A DNA stretch of 61,310 nt, the filler included, from Sphacelaria rigidula (Eukaryota), in assembly GCA_964200075.2 (NCBI GenBank). It is 4 parts of 4 records of this genome, joined end to end, with 100 filler letters (N's around TTAATTAATTAA, not from the genome) between each part and the next. Parts side by side here need not be neighbours in the genome. Positions count along the whole stretch, not along the records: positions 1 to 15,254 come from CAXNAA020001836.1; positions 15,355 to 30,607 come from CAXNAA020001837.1; 2 more parts are not named here. The stretch is one strand, 5' to 3'. The notes under the pieces were generated by a model. That model saw nothing but the letters and a program-made list of their open reading frames with translations, searched no databases and was not told the DNA's origin. Of the stretch, positions 12,511 through 26,206 are shown piece by piece; position 1 is the stretch's first letter; each line of letters starts with the position of its first letter. Position numbers and translations under genes: made by a program.

Positions 12511-14811
12511 TATCGATACTGTTTTTCGGAGATCTTCGAAATTTTCTGACACTTCGGACTCTGCGTTCAGACGTCTCCGAAAATGAAGTGGATGATTCTT
12601 CCTTTGAAGCTTCATCTTCGGAGAAATCCAAGCGATTCGCACTGCAACGCAGAACGTGGGATGGCTGCCCTGTGTGTACGCCGTGGCGCTCGCAAGGGTC
12701 CGAGAATCATCAGGAACCTTCCCAGTGACACCGTGGGCCATGTCGAAGAGTGAAAAGTGCCGTAACTTGGCGGCAGTGGTGTCCTCTGGCCGGTGAAGGC
12801 GAGCCAATGACGGAATCAGCACCGTGTCTGCGATGAGACGATGAGAGGTCTAATACTAGCGGCAACGGCAAAAGTCGACAAGAACGCCACCACGCTACCA
12901 CGCTACCCTCTGGGCCGTTGGACATAGATCTACGACATTGCAGGACTTCTCCAAGAAACATATTTTTCGAATGATAATGAGCCTCAGTGGTTGTCATTTA
13001 CCGTGTTCAGTCGTACGAGTCGACTCTGACTCATGTTCCAAATCGAGTCGTATGCATCGACCCTAACTCGTCCCATTTTTTTTCCGAAATGCTTGGTACG
13101 AGTCGGAAGCCATGCCGTTTCACGGTGTATCTCGCAGACAGTAGATATTTTAGCCATTCTTTGTAGGCAGACGTAAGGCCGTCCGACCGGTATAACTGAG
13201 CATTGCAAACCGGGGAACGACGCACTCGATTCCCGAGCACGTTCTAGCAGTGCATACATCTACCGCCATGTACACTTGTGGAGTAGCCCGTCGGAAGCTA
13301 TCAGCGTAAGGTAGCAGCACCCAAGCTCCGGTACTTCTTTACCCTAGGACCGCCAGGGTGGGTTATCTCTCGAGTCGGCGATATTTTTCACTTGAAGAAT
13401 GAAGGAGATCCACATGACACGCTGAGGGTCGAAGGGTTCAACCCTTTGACTGCCAGGATGAGTCATCTGCGTGTTATGCTCATTCTTCATGTGAGAATGG
13501 TGCTCATTCAAAGGGTAACCCATGCTGGCAGTCAGACTGGTACAGGCAATCCCTGGAAGGGACTCAATATTCGGCCCGTGGATATAGATGTGAGCTCCAA
13601 AGTATTCTTTGGCACATTGATTTAGTCAGGAGCGAAGCTCCCACCGTGTTGCAAGTCCCTGAGCTCATCGCATGCTGCGCCACTCAGCTCTAGCGCTTCA
13701 ACCTCAGCCATGCCTGCTCCCGCACTTTGTTGCTTTTCTAGTGTGGAGAACAGTCACATCATTCTCAAGCCTGCTTTAGAAACAGACAATATGGAGTACA
13801 ATACACTAGTATAATCTCCACACGATGTCCACACGCCTCTGCTTTTTCCCTGCAGCCGTTGGTGCCATAGATGCGGCAGTTACGGTCGCCACAGGGTAGG
13901 TGTGCGACGCCTGTGCGCCAAAGTTTCTGCAAAACGTCCGCAGCGGTGACATCACAACGCCAGTGCAAAGCCATTCGATTTGATTTTGTTTTGTTTTCTA
14001 TTTTTCTGTTTGCCCGTTTCTCCGCCGAAAAAATGTCAACTACGGCCGTTAGCAACAGTCAAGGAGGGGGGGGGGGGGGGGTGGCAAAATAATAAAGAAA
14101 AGAGGCAAGCTTTGGGGTAGTCTTGGACACGGGGGAGCAACGGGATGNNNNNNNNNNGCAGCTGCAGGACGAAAGGCACGAGGGGGGGGGGGAGGGCGGG
14201 GGGGGGGGGGGGGGGGGGGGGGGGGTTGACACAATAATCAAGAAAATCGGCCACCTCTGGGATAGTCTTGGACACGGGTGAGCACAATGATGATGCTGAG
14301 GCTTGAACGTGGCACCTGTGCTGACGACCCCCACATCGCCGTGGTTCGAAACTCGTTGCCACCGAAGAATAAATTTCGAGAAACATTGTCAACAAAAACA
14401 GGAGATTTGGAATCGCTCGAAAGTACAAAGTACACAAATATGGGATTTGCTCCTCGGATTTCGACAGTAAGACCTGATGTCGCACGAGGGATCAAGAGAG
14501 AATGAGCGCGGTCGGTAACGCGAGGTAGCAACTGACGATAGCTTCGTAGGCACACATATACATACGCATAACTTCGCCACACTTTACACCCCTCCCCTGC
14601 ATCGGGAGGGGTTCGTGGTCTCAGAGGATTAACCCATCTCTTCTCTGGTACACACTTTGCATTGTGGTCTAGTGGAATGGATCATGACCATGAGCACTTC
14701 CGTACCGCGTCGACTCTCGCCAAAATTAACTTTGTTTATTCGTTCCTTCCTCACGGTTTTGTCTACGGAAATCATATATTTCTCAGCGTAATATCCAATT
14801 TTATTATATTT

Positions 14812-14900
14812 ACCGGGAATCGGACCCGCAACCTTTCGGCCTCAGCGGAGTCAGTTGTACCAAATAGCCCATTGTACCAATCAGCCCGCCTGGGCGCGGC
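14812..14900 (-). repeat. tRNA-like SINE head relic
   Basis: Minus strand gccgcgcccaggcgggctgattggta...ccgaaaggttgcgggtccgattcccgg has A-box-like and B-box-like motifs. Confidence 0.4.
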
Positions 14901-15254
14901 GGTTATATGGTGATAACACCATATTCGTGAGATTCAGGGGGTAGTTTCAGATTCAGAGTGGATGCTCTAGCGTTCCTATAACAGGCAACGTCTTTTCTTT
15001 TCTTTTTTGCTTGAGCACACGTGCTGGGCATGCAGCTACCGTACAGCACCCCATTCGAGGAATTCGGCGGTCTGGTGGGTGAGATACCGCACAAAGCACT
15101 TATACGCCTGGGGGGCATATCGGAACTGAAATTGTTTCAGGCACTAATCGTTTTTTCCTGAAAGAGGGGATCTTTTGTTGCAATGGACTGACGACGTCGT
15201 TGCGATCAAGTGATGTGTCAAGTTGATCGTGGGGGTGACAGCTTCCATTGAAGC

Positions 15255-15354
15255 NNNNNNNNNNNNNNNNNNNNNNNNNNNNNNNNNNNNNNNNNNNNTT
15301 AATTAATTAANNNNNNNNNNNNNNNNNNNNNNNNNNNNNNNNNNNNNNNNNNNN
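15255..15354. other. Artificial contig linker (N44-TTAATTAATTAA-N44)
   Basis: 100-nt block with a six-frame stop 12-mer centred in Ns; identical blocks at 30608 and 45960. Confidence 0.97.
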
Positions 15355-16023
15355 GTGGGGGGGGGGGGGGGGGGGGGGTGGGGGGGGGGTTTTGGGGGGG
15401 GGGGGGGGGGGGGGGGGGGGGAGGGGGGGGGTAGCCATACTTGTTTTCGGTGGAGAGACTGAACGCCTACAAAGATACATGGGGTGTTTGGGACTCAACA
15501 GCCATGTAGATTGGCGATCGTGAGGATACAGGAGCGGCGACAAGCAGCCAGCACCCGCGCTGCGATCGCGTTCGGTCCGCCGGCATTGCACGCAACGACA
15601 GCAACCAACAAATCCAGTTTTACAGGTTCGAACGTTTCGAGTCCGCTCAAAAAACGGTGGGTGCAGCCATCGTGCCGCGACTGAGGTCAGCAGCCCAAAC
15701 ACATCCAACATAACGATGGGTTAATAAATGCTTGAAACAACGCATCATGACCCCCGGTACATCAATCACGCCACAGCAGACTGTTCAAAATCTCGTAGCT
15801 AAAATCCCCTACATGATAGATAGTTTTTGATAGCGTCAACGCCCAACTAGCGTTTATTACCGTCTACGCTACAGGCCATGCTCCAGTATCTGACGATTCA
15901 CAGATCCCCTATCCCCCGTTGCACCTATCGCGGATATACCAGCCACAAAGTACCATCAACAGTGAGGATGGGCGCGGATGGGCGCCAAAGATGTTCGAGC
16001 CCGGATCTTCAATAAAACTGTAC

Positions 16024-19000
16024 CTGTGTCTTGAGCTTGTTCCTCAAGCGTTCATCGATACTCCTCAGCAGTCCCTCGGTAACACTACCCTGATACAGCA
16101 CCTCGCGGTTGGACCGCATCCATCGGGTGAACTCCATGAGCAGCGGCCGGAGGTAGCTTTCCGTGTTCTGCGCCGGTGTCATCCACAGTTTTGCCCTCGC
16201 CTCGTAGTCACTTACGATCTTACGGCAGACATCCCGCACCTTGGGATGCACGTTTGATGAATATACAAATGGAATTGGAACCGGGACGGCATCGGATTCG
16301 ACCGCGTCTCAAGCCGTGCGGGATACGCGAACATGTCAGCCATAATCAGCAATAACGAGATCATCAGTGCACCAAACTAATCTCGGAAATCTGAATGCAA
16401 GATGTCGCACTACATGTATAATGAAATGTGGCAGGAGACAATATTATTATACTGTGTCATCGTCGAACAAGGATCGCACTGTCACAACGGCCACGGGTCA
16501 TCACGAGTCACTGCACCTTCCCACGGGAACAACCAACCCAAGCAAGACTGTCATGTTGGCAACAACTCCCTTAGTCTTTGAACGACTCTAGACAGCAACG
16601 ACACTCAAACACACCTCTGGCCCGAGCAACCGCACGCTGAGCAGTTCACATGCCATGCAGAACAGAAGGCGTGGCAGCAGTGTCCTGGCCGGACGCTGTA
16701 AGGGCAGTATTTCCGCGGCATTTGTGTTGTAACCTCTCACCACTGCCTCTACACGCATTGGGTCCACCTACGCGAGCCAAAACCGAAAACCGAGGGAAGA
16801 GCAAGCGGCGGTTCATACGATTTATCATGAGACCACCCATTGAAACCAGCTCACGGTGCAATCGTGGATCCGTACTTCGGTTAACCAGCATGGTGACAAG
16901 CCATATTCATCCCCCTTGTCGCTAAACTTGTGTCATTGAAAATGCTTCTGACAGTGAAGAACCTTTCTTGAAGGCGTTATGGCAAGCCTAAACACAGGCA
17001 GGTGTTCCGTGCTGGAGTGATTTGATTTGAGTATGGAACAATGCGTGCGAGTTTTCGTCACTTGATGTCAGAGTTGGAAGTGCATCACGTCATCTCTGGC
17101 CTCCTCCGGCTTTACGACTTCTTTCGATGCCTCCATCCCCAACCATATGGCACAAGAACAAAGGAGTACCCACAATCAGTGGGGAAGACAAGGGTGACCA
17201 CGTTCACGAAATGACTGAGTGACGCATAAATGAACGAAAAAAATTTACCACTTCTGTGTACCCCACCCCCCTTGAGCCCCGACCGGCAGCAGCGCAGTCG
17301 AGGGCACAAGTCGCCAGCAACAACCGTCGACACACGAAAAACTAGAGTTGCGGCAGTCGATGGCATGTGATGTCGGTACCCTCATGGATTCGAGTGCTAC
17401 ATTTCTCCGTGAAGAGACGTGCTCGCAGGTTGTCCATGACTATTTTCGACTCAATACCCGCGAAGGCACGTCGCTGCTTTCCCTTAATTGTGAAGGGATT
17501 CACGTCTATCGGTGACAGGTCGGCACGCAGGTGGGCTTATTTAGTATTTAAAACTACTCCATACTGTATCATACGGTGCCATGTTGTGCTGTGCTGTGCT
17601 TTGCTGCCGTACCGTGACCGTGATTGATTTGAGGTATGAGCTGCACCTGACTGCACGCAATTTTCGTAGTGCATGGTTGATTTCAGTATAGCATGAGATT
17701 CTGCCCACCAACGACAAGCCAGCGAACCGCACATTTGGTCGTTCATAATCTCCAGGCTCTCATGGGCTAATTTCCAAGTGTCATTCCATTCAGATGGTCA
17801 CTCAACTTCTATTTTCTTCACCTGCCTTTCCTGCCGGCGAAACTATGGCGAAAAGGTTTGTAAGCATTACGCTGTATTTTGAATCCACTCGGTCTTGGAC
17901 ACCTCCAGGTGCTCGATTTCGAAGTATTGCTTGTTCATACAAATATGGTTGACATTTCTAAAACTTTGCTCTTATGCTTCGGCAAAATGTGGGATTGTCA
18001 GACATGTGCACCCGTGAATATTTCGGGGATGATCTGTATGGTTTATTACTCCATTATCTCTTATAAACATGCACACCAGTGCAACGAGGGTCGGTACAGA
18101 CAGATCAAGTATAAACAAAAGACAGCAAGTTGCACACCCTCCTTCAGGAGTCTCCTCCAAGCATAAACGCACAGCCATCGGCACTCAAAGTCCTGCATTG
18201 CACACACGATGCAGTAGTAGCAATGGACATCAGCTGCAGTGGCGTTGTGCTTCACCAGAGGTAATAGTGCTTCAGTGTCGTGTGATACCCTCGTACATTC
18301 CCCACCAGTGAGGTGGCTTAAATACATGTTTTTTCTTCTAGCACGCATTCATTTTTCAGATAAGAGTTGCAAGTGGTTCCTGTTCGTTTTGGGTGTGCTG
18401 TCGACGGCTCCGCCATCTCTCACGGAGGATGCACTGGGTGATACCATGAACAGCATGAATGTGCGTGTACTATGGACTACAAATGCCATAGCACAACGGC
18501 ACTCGCAGTCAAAAGCCAAGGTCATTTTCAGCAAGCGGAGATTGCGCCGTCATAGTTCACATGACCCGCAGCACGAGCAGCATTCCAAGGGTAGGTCGAG
18601 TAGAGTATACTCAATACTCAGTATTTTGGAAGAGTCATACTAGACGTACTCGAAGTTTGAGTGGAGTATTTGAGATCATACTCAACGTACTCAAAATTTG
18701 AGTAGAGTATCAACTGAGATCTAATGTTGACTTCGTCATGACGCTGCGGGTGGACAGAGCATAGATTAGACCTTTGCGTCTCGTTCATGTACGGCAAAAA
18801 TAACCGCAACGGGTGTAGTAGAGCGTGCTTGGGGCGCTTGATTGGGGCGCATACTTCGATCGTCTTTATCACCATGCATTGCATAGTACATTACCGGAAG
18901 TATACAACAGCACGGGTTTTGCACCTTTGCATATCATGGTGCTTGATGTGGCCGTGCTGATGGTCATTGGCAAACGCTAACTTGGGCGGTGTGGAACTGG

Positions 19001-22000
19001 CACAAGTGTCGACTTAGAGTATGGGATTTTGTACCGAGAGTGCTGATTTTGCTGCATGAATGCAATTGGACGCACCTCGCCCTAAGCCTGCTATTTTTGG
19101 ATCAACCTCACCCGACCAAACCGAGGTTCCATGATTTATGTGTTCACGGCCTGTGACTGTACATTCTCTAATTCCCTTTTATCTGTCACCAAGCTTGCGC
19201 TCGGTATTTTCTGTGACTTACTTCCTTTTTCCTTTCAAGTCTTCGAATAATGAGGCATCTGACCCGTGAACGGGAGGGATGGCTTCGAAGATGGTCAATA
19301 CAACCATTGTGTCAATATTAACAAGAAAAAACAGTGTTTTTGGCAGATACGTGCATGGTGGACGGAGTCTCAACAGCGTGCAGGGTAGTTGCATAACAGT
19401 GCACTATGGTGCAAGGGGTACCAAAGTACTATACGATGGAGAGTAGCGTTGTGCATCCCTCGATTTCGATTTTACAACCGTCAGTATATTACCGTACCCC
19501 TCAAGCAACAATGTCCATGACTGCAAACCCATAATTCAGTGTCGCACCGATCTATGAATATCGGCTACCCCACCGAGGCGCGGCGGCTTGCTTGCGTTCA
19601 AAAATTGTGCATCTCGGGTAATACGGTCAGCTCTCATGCGTTACAATAACTGACCGCTCAATGCATCCTTCGCAAGACGAGCTCCATAGCTGTTACGGCG
19701 GCATTATACCGCCCTACTTCAATTTGCTTGGCCGATGCGTACTGTATGATTGAAGCCATATCGACCCGTCAAGGGTGTCCAAAATTACGACAGGTGAGGA
19801 GACGACAGGCGGCATTGAGGAACGAGGCAGAGGGATTCACTCAGTAGTTTCGTGTAATATCGACGACTCACCTCATGCGGAGGGCGCCAAATGGCAGAAC
19901 TATAAGTTACGCTAAGAAGGTTGCAAAAACTGGTGCAATGCTACATCGATACATCCTTTCTCACCGCCACGTCGGCGTCTTGGCTACCCTTTGCCTCCGC
20001 CGCGAACATTTGGACGAAGAGAGTCATCCGGAACAGCATGTCCTCGTGAGATATCTGCTTCTGAGCCTAGCAGACGTATTGAAGCAAGGACACAGCAAGA
20101 CAAAAGACGATTTCGCGTGGTGAGCACCACGCGGTGCTGTATCTGTATATTCCCGGTTCGAAGGGCAGTGATGATCCCCATTTTCACCGTGTTTCTTTGG
20201 GTGTGTCAGTATGAGTCTTCCGTGGCGTGGTTTGGATTATAAAGGTTTGAGCGGCATGCAGCGCCCGCCTTCCCCAAGTGAAACAAGCAACGGCCTCACA
20301 TGATTCCAAAATCCCACAGTACATAAAACGTCGACTGGATATTCCAACGCCCATCACCTCTTGCCACCTTCACGAGGTACCATCATGTCGTTATCTGCTC
20401 GATATGGCTACCGCTACATCCAATCTAGCCTATTCGTCGATCCCTTGACATACGGACGCGTCAGGAGGAAAAGGGGCGGGGAGACAACTACGAAAAAAAT
20501 AAACTCCACCTCCTTGGGTTGATACCCTCGCTTTCCTCTAGAGTTAGGACCTATACTATGAATCAGAATGTCTTCACGAGATCGTTCGAACGAGGCAAGT
20601 TTGGGGCGTCACTAGCGCCGTCCAGTAAGTCACCAAGTGTATTCATCACCCGCGAACGGTAGGATATCAAATCTCGATTTTCCCGTGACCCGTGCCAACT
20701 ACGCCGCCTGAAGTGGTGGCCTGGAAATGCCTCACTGGGATATTTCGGTGAACCGCACCACTTGTTTATAGAGAAAGCCGAGTTCAAGGTCTTTTTCACC
20801 CCTACCAAGACTGGAAACATTCGGCCTTCCTTGCAATCCACACCAGTATCAACTGGAACATGCAAGTCATAGCTACAGACGCCAACGAAAACGGCAAACT
20901 GCAACCGTCAAACCTCGGCTCTACTAATTCCTGCTCCAGGTGACAACGACTAGATGTCGTATGGTCGCTTTTCATTGGCGCATGCTCTCTTCTCGTATTT
21001 CGCGTCGCGCTTTCCCTAGCAACCCACACATCACTCAAAGCACCCGCGAGTATATGTCTCATCTATGTTCTTCTCACAAATCCAATGCTGGCCCCGCTGC
21101 CACTTCTTTTTCGAGTCGGAGACGTCATGGCAAGGGCTCCTCGCACTGACTGCTTCCACGTGTGCGATGGAACGCTCAACACCACAGATCGCACGAACGC
21201 TTCGATCTGTTGCAGACGGCCGAACGACACCGGCGGGACAATTGGCATTCAATCAGCGTCCGGCAGATACGGCGTGTTTATGTGAGGTTGACGCGCAACG
21301 TGAAGAAGGGTGTATCCCTCATACTTCTGCACCGTTGCTCTGTTGTTGCCCGCGCGTGTGTTTTCTTCGAGTTGGAATGTCAACAGTTTCGGCATGAAGC
21401 ATGGAATGTTGAAAGTAGTGCGACTGTCGTGTTTCAGATACTCTCTCGGCGGCATACGAGCGTGAACGGCTGTGGTATTTGGAAAGCAGTACGGACATGT
21501 AGCTCGACGCAGCGAGGTGTCGATCATACATGTCGTATCCTGCGCCAACCATATTCTGGGACATGCCCATTAAAGGCGAAGCACTGAACACTATCCAACC
21601 GTATCATATCTCGAAACTCCAAGTACGATCTACGAATAGTTCTGTCGTTTCCAGCTTTTCGTCAATCCAGACTATGGTCGATCAAATAGACCGTGCAGTA
21701 GTCAGTGATTGACCGTTCCACACGGTTTCACACGGAAATGAGACTGTTCCCCGCATCGCATTTCAGCGACCGACACGTCGTCGAGCTCACCTTAATGTGG
21801 TGCCGCGGCTTCAGCACCGGTATGTCCAGTTCCTCACCAGCAATGTACTCCAGAATCTGCTCAGAGTATCACAATTGGAGTTCCCGCAGTGTCGCCACCC
21901 GCAGCCGGGTTGCACCACGACAGCAGTTCAGTGGACTAGACAAAACTAAGGCAACTCTCCGTTTATGAAGAGAAGACCACGAGGGGGTGATGTGGTTGTT

Positions 22001-23569
22001 TCTGATGGCCGCCCATGGGCAAGTGCTACCCTTTATTATTTTACTTTAAATGCATTTTTACTTGTCACACTTTGAACCCCTCCCCTTCCTCGGGACGAGT
22101 CCGTGGTCTACTCACTACTAGTCTCAAGGGATCAACCAATCTCTCCCCGGTGTACGCCTTGCATTTTGGTCTCGCGGATTGCTACCTCAGCGACACAAAG
22201 TAAATCCAGCGGAACTTTATCATGAAGGAAACGTGCTACTTTGCTCTGCAAACGCTCCACGATCGTGTCGATGACGCGGACAGGTGACAAGGTCGATGAC
22301 AAACAGCCCCAACATCGTCTATACCCAAGGCATAGCGGCAGGCCTAGTGCTCGGCGATGGGTCTTCCATCGGTCCTCTTCACTCGACGCATGCTATCCTA
22401 CTACTCTCCGCCCGACTTGCACGCAGTGTTTACAGACACTCCACCACGCGGAAGACCTCGAAGCTGATTGGCACGCGACACATGGGCACAACTACATGCC
22501 CTGCCCTGCCCTGCCCTGCCCCAACACTCCCATCACCAAAAGACCCAAGCCTCGACGTCAGCAAACAGCTAGCTGTGCACATGGGTGCAAACCAGATAAT
22601 TTCGCACGCGTGTTTGTACATCGCTGATGCAGAAAACTTCTACACACGTTTCCCATCACGTGCAACACTACCGACATCTCACCGGCCGTAATACCCGCTC
22701 GCAATTCTCCTCGTGGCTGAAATCGGGCTCCAAATTTGACAGGTATAACCTGGCCCCATAGGTAATGCTCGTATCACCTGGCACCCTCGCCCAATCGGCC
22801 ACGTCTGTGTCCGTAGCCGTGAACCTACTCCCCGCGCCGGGGTTGCACGCGCTGCCGCAGTGGCTATCATCCCCGCTACTAAAGGGGTGTTCAGGACAGT
22901 CCGATCCGTCCCCGTCCCCCTTTTCGAGCACGCCTGCCTGCTTGTCGAACCCCTCCATTTGTTCCGACACGCCATTCATCCACGAGTCCGACAGCGGCCT
23001 CGGGACGAAGGGACTGCTTTCTGGCTCTTTTGGGTGTTCCGAAGTGACACCGTTATTTTCGAAGGAGTGGGAGTAGTTGTGTTTCACCTGTTTAGTCAGG
23101 TGTACAGCGAAGGTGCGCTCATGGCGATGTTTTGCAAACCTGTTTCCAATGACCCTCACGAAATGTCCAGGATGACGACAAGCGAATGAGGTTTCACGCG
23201 CCTTTCTCGACACCGACAACAAAGTCGCTGAATGTACGGGTATGGGAGTCATACTTTTGAGTACAAGTACGAGCAGTAGCTCGTTTGTGCTGTCAATTGA
23301 CACCTCGCATGGTCTCCAAAACCGAGCAAGTTGCGTGACGCCCCTGCGTGGTTAGTATCCAGTTCGATTGAGCATTTAGATGGACGTAATTCCCACTGTA
23401 GAGCTGGCACAACGCACTCGACACGCACTTCACGGGATGAAATCTTAGGCAAACGCGTATGGAAACATATGCCACACCCTGCCGCACGATAAGTAACTGC
23501 ATAGACTCTGCGCCCCACCATTCTGGGCAATACCTTGAAAGGTCTTAGCGCGGGCCTCATCAGAAGTAT
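16024..23569 (-). CDS. Uncharacterised multi-exon protein, partial; exons 23569-23534, 23087-22683, 21856-21791, 21206-21078, 20054-19965, 16239-16024
   Basis: Six stop-free exons, each a multiple of 3, with AG acceptors and GT donors (four GTGAG); they join as ILLMRPALRPFK-VKHNYSHSF...CERVLRP-ILEYIAGEELDIPVLKPRHHIK-IEAFVRSVV...GASIGF-ISHEDMLFRMTLFVQMFAAEAKGSQDADVA-VRDVCRKIVSDYEARAKLW...RNKLKTQ; no family recognised. Confidence 0.72.
18590..18720. repeat. Cluster of short GAGTA/TACTC direct and inverted motifs (TE subterminal-like)
   Basis: gagtagagtatactcaatactcagta...catactagacgtactcgaagtttgagtggagta...catactcaacgtactcaaaatttgagtagagta; ~40-bp unit present twice. Confidence 0.5.
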
Positions 23570-24769
23570 CTGTGACGGCGGCAAATGCGGTTGACCTGTT
23601 TCTCGGTATTTTTATTCGTTTTGCCCGGTCTGTGTTGAGGGGCACTACACGTAGCACAAGAAAGACATGAGGCGAAAGTAACCAACCAACGACAAACACT
23701 CCCCATTGGGCTCACACGCCCATCGCAATATACACTGTGTCCAACTCGAGGCCCGAGAGCCCGGGCCGTAGCTCCCAGTAATCAAATCAGGATGTGCCTA
23801 TCGATCGATCTAAAACTAGGGAACAAGTCGTCAGAAACTCGAAACAGACGGCTTCATGCAGAAAATGCGACAACTATTGATGCCGACTACTGCCGCTATT
23901 GATGACTGAAACTGGGCAGCTCGTACTGATGTGACCTGTAGATCAAACGTCTGAGGGTACCATGCGTCAATATTATGAGTGCGTGTAGCTACTGCTGAAC
24001 GCAATAAAATCGAACACACTTACACAGCGGTCGCACGTCACCACCATGGAACGAAAACACCCTTGTTCTGGTTACGACGCCGTGCCCCTGCTTTTCGCTA
24101 CGCAATATTCGCTGAAATTTTCCTTTCCTCAGATTTCGGATTTTTGCCATTAAGTTATGAGTATCGGGACAAGATGGAGACAAGGAACCAAAATTATGTG
24201 GACCTGCCAGGGTGGTTTTTCTCTCTTCCGAATTTTTCGCTGTCCAAAAACATCTGACAAAGCACACTTTCCGTGGACACTCTTGAACATGGCGAGATGC
24301 TTCTGGTCCACTATGTAAGCCTCGCTAGGAGAAAGCACGACATGAGTACTGTATGTGATCGGACGGAAGATGATTTCTCGATACTAGACATCAGAATTCA
24401 TCGATTGATTGATATTCGCACATCAACTGGTCCGCTATGCATCCAGCCGCGGACACAAAATGAACCTACCCCGAGATATATTGACGGAAGTACTCGCGAT
24501 CTTGAGAGAAACTCGCGAAAGGGGCGAGATGAAAAAGAGAAATTATACCAAACAGGGTAATCTGGAGAAACGTGTCAGCATATAGGCATTATTCGGCGAC
24601 GACGGGGGGGGAAATGTTCAACGACCCGGGGATGAACTAGTTTCATCCCCGGGCAAACTCTATATAACCACGATATCAGCACCGTGCGTGAATCGGGCCT
24701 ACTTTCGCGAATCGGCAGTAAACGAGAGACGCCGAAAGATGGTTGCACAAACATCGGTTGGTTGATGAG

Positions 24770-25800
24770 TTTATTGATTGATCAGTTGAGTGTCGCACAT
24801 TAACGGCTTCCCTAGGAATCTAGTCATGATCACAAGATACTCGTACACTTAGCCAAGGCACATGAACGGAGATATATGCTGTCGGAAACTCGAAAAATGG
24901 GATAGATGAAAGAAGGGAGGGAAAACGAAAAGAAACGCCTGGCTAAGGTTTGCTACTGGCCCCGAGGTGCGAAAAGACCGCAGGTCCTGCGCCTGGACAA
25001 TACCGCAAAAAAACAAGAATCATTCAAAAACAAAAAGTACAGAGCAAAATAAAAAACAGAAAGAAAAATGGTACAGAGCGGCGAACGAAGAAGTAGATCG
25101 AAACGCTGGAGAGAGAGACAAAGAACGCATAAGATGAGGAAAGGAAGAAAGAGAAGGAGCTCATCTACAAAACAGAACACCAAAAAAAACACAACTGGGA
25201 AACACCGCTGAAGTTGCAAGGCAGGGAAAGGAATCAACAACCTATAGGACAAGACAGGGTGCCGGTTGGAGGACAATGTTTTCTTCAATGTACGGGCGAC
25301 ACGCTCGTTTGCCAACATTGCCTGACATCGCCTGACGTCGCCAGCACAACTTTGAGACCACCCTGCCTGCCAATGCTTTTCCACCTGGAGGTCACTTCGC
25401 TGCTACCCTGAGTGGGGCTAGAGGTATGAGAATTGGCCCCTTTATCTCAAAGGGTTTTTTCGGTACTGTGAGCAACACGTCGGCTTCCCCGCAAAAAAAA
25501 CGCATTTCAAAATTCATGAGCAGGCAGTAGTCACGCCGCTCTTTTCCAAACCGGCTTGTGTAGTGTAGCAGGCCAGAGGACCATGGGTGTAGGAGCATGA
25601 GACTTAACCTTTCGGCGCAACATGCTACGAGTGGAGGGGCGATACTCTTCGGCACTTGCAAGAAGGAGACGGTCACGGAATGGCTCGAGGTTTTCATCTC
25701 CTCCTTCACTATATACCCGTTCTTCGCAACGATGGGTCCCTCGTGAGCATTGTCTGTGAACGATGGTGTTCAATCAAACGCTTGCCCGACTGACATGAAC
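24770..25800 (-). mobile_element. LINE 3'-end fragment
   Basis: tcaacaacctataggacaagacaggg (25234) matches tcaacaaccggtaggacaagacaagg (7456) in the RTE LINE; tail ttaatgtgcgaca...atcaatca is shared with 27440-27500 and 44865-44915. Confidence 0.6.
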
Positions 25801-26206
25801 ACAATTTCCGTCTCGAATTGAGAGGAAAGAAATAATTGTGACATGGAAAAGTCTGCTCGGCGTTTCTTGTAGATGACTGAGAGGCCCTCATACTGCACCC
25901 AACGCATTCGCAAGGGATTTTTCTTTTGCTACTCATTCCCCAAGGATTTTGCAGAAAGCTTGCCGGGAATATTGCCGGGAATATTCTTTGTAGTTATTCG
26001 TGTGTGTAGTATCAGTATTCTGCTTCGGTGATGGATTATCCGATATTGGAATACTGTACCTCGATTTCTGTGCAAAGCATATGCGATGAGGATACACAAC
26101 ACCTACACACCAAGCCCTGGAAATACACGCACAGACATCCACCATTCACGCGCATGAGCCCCGACGCTAGTCCTCGCTCATCTACGCAGAAATGTCTGAT
26201 GGTAAC

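Noticed and set aside
14060-14230. Poly-Pro/poly-Gly ORFs from G runs (also 15355-15431, 30780-30812, 45860-45900)
   Set aside because: Homopolymer tracts next to gaps or contig ends; low-quality sequence
15299-15310. TTAATTAATTAA as a biological motif
   Set aside because: Six-frame stop linker centred in N runs, repeated identically three times; assembly artefact
20563-20904. 113-aa minus-strand ORF inside the unknown gene
   Set aside because: Ends in a stop between two exons that join cleanly without it; no recognisable motif
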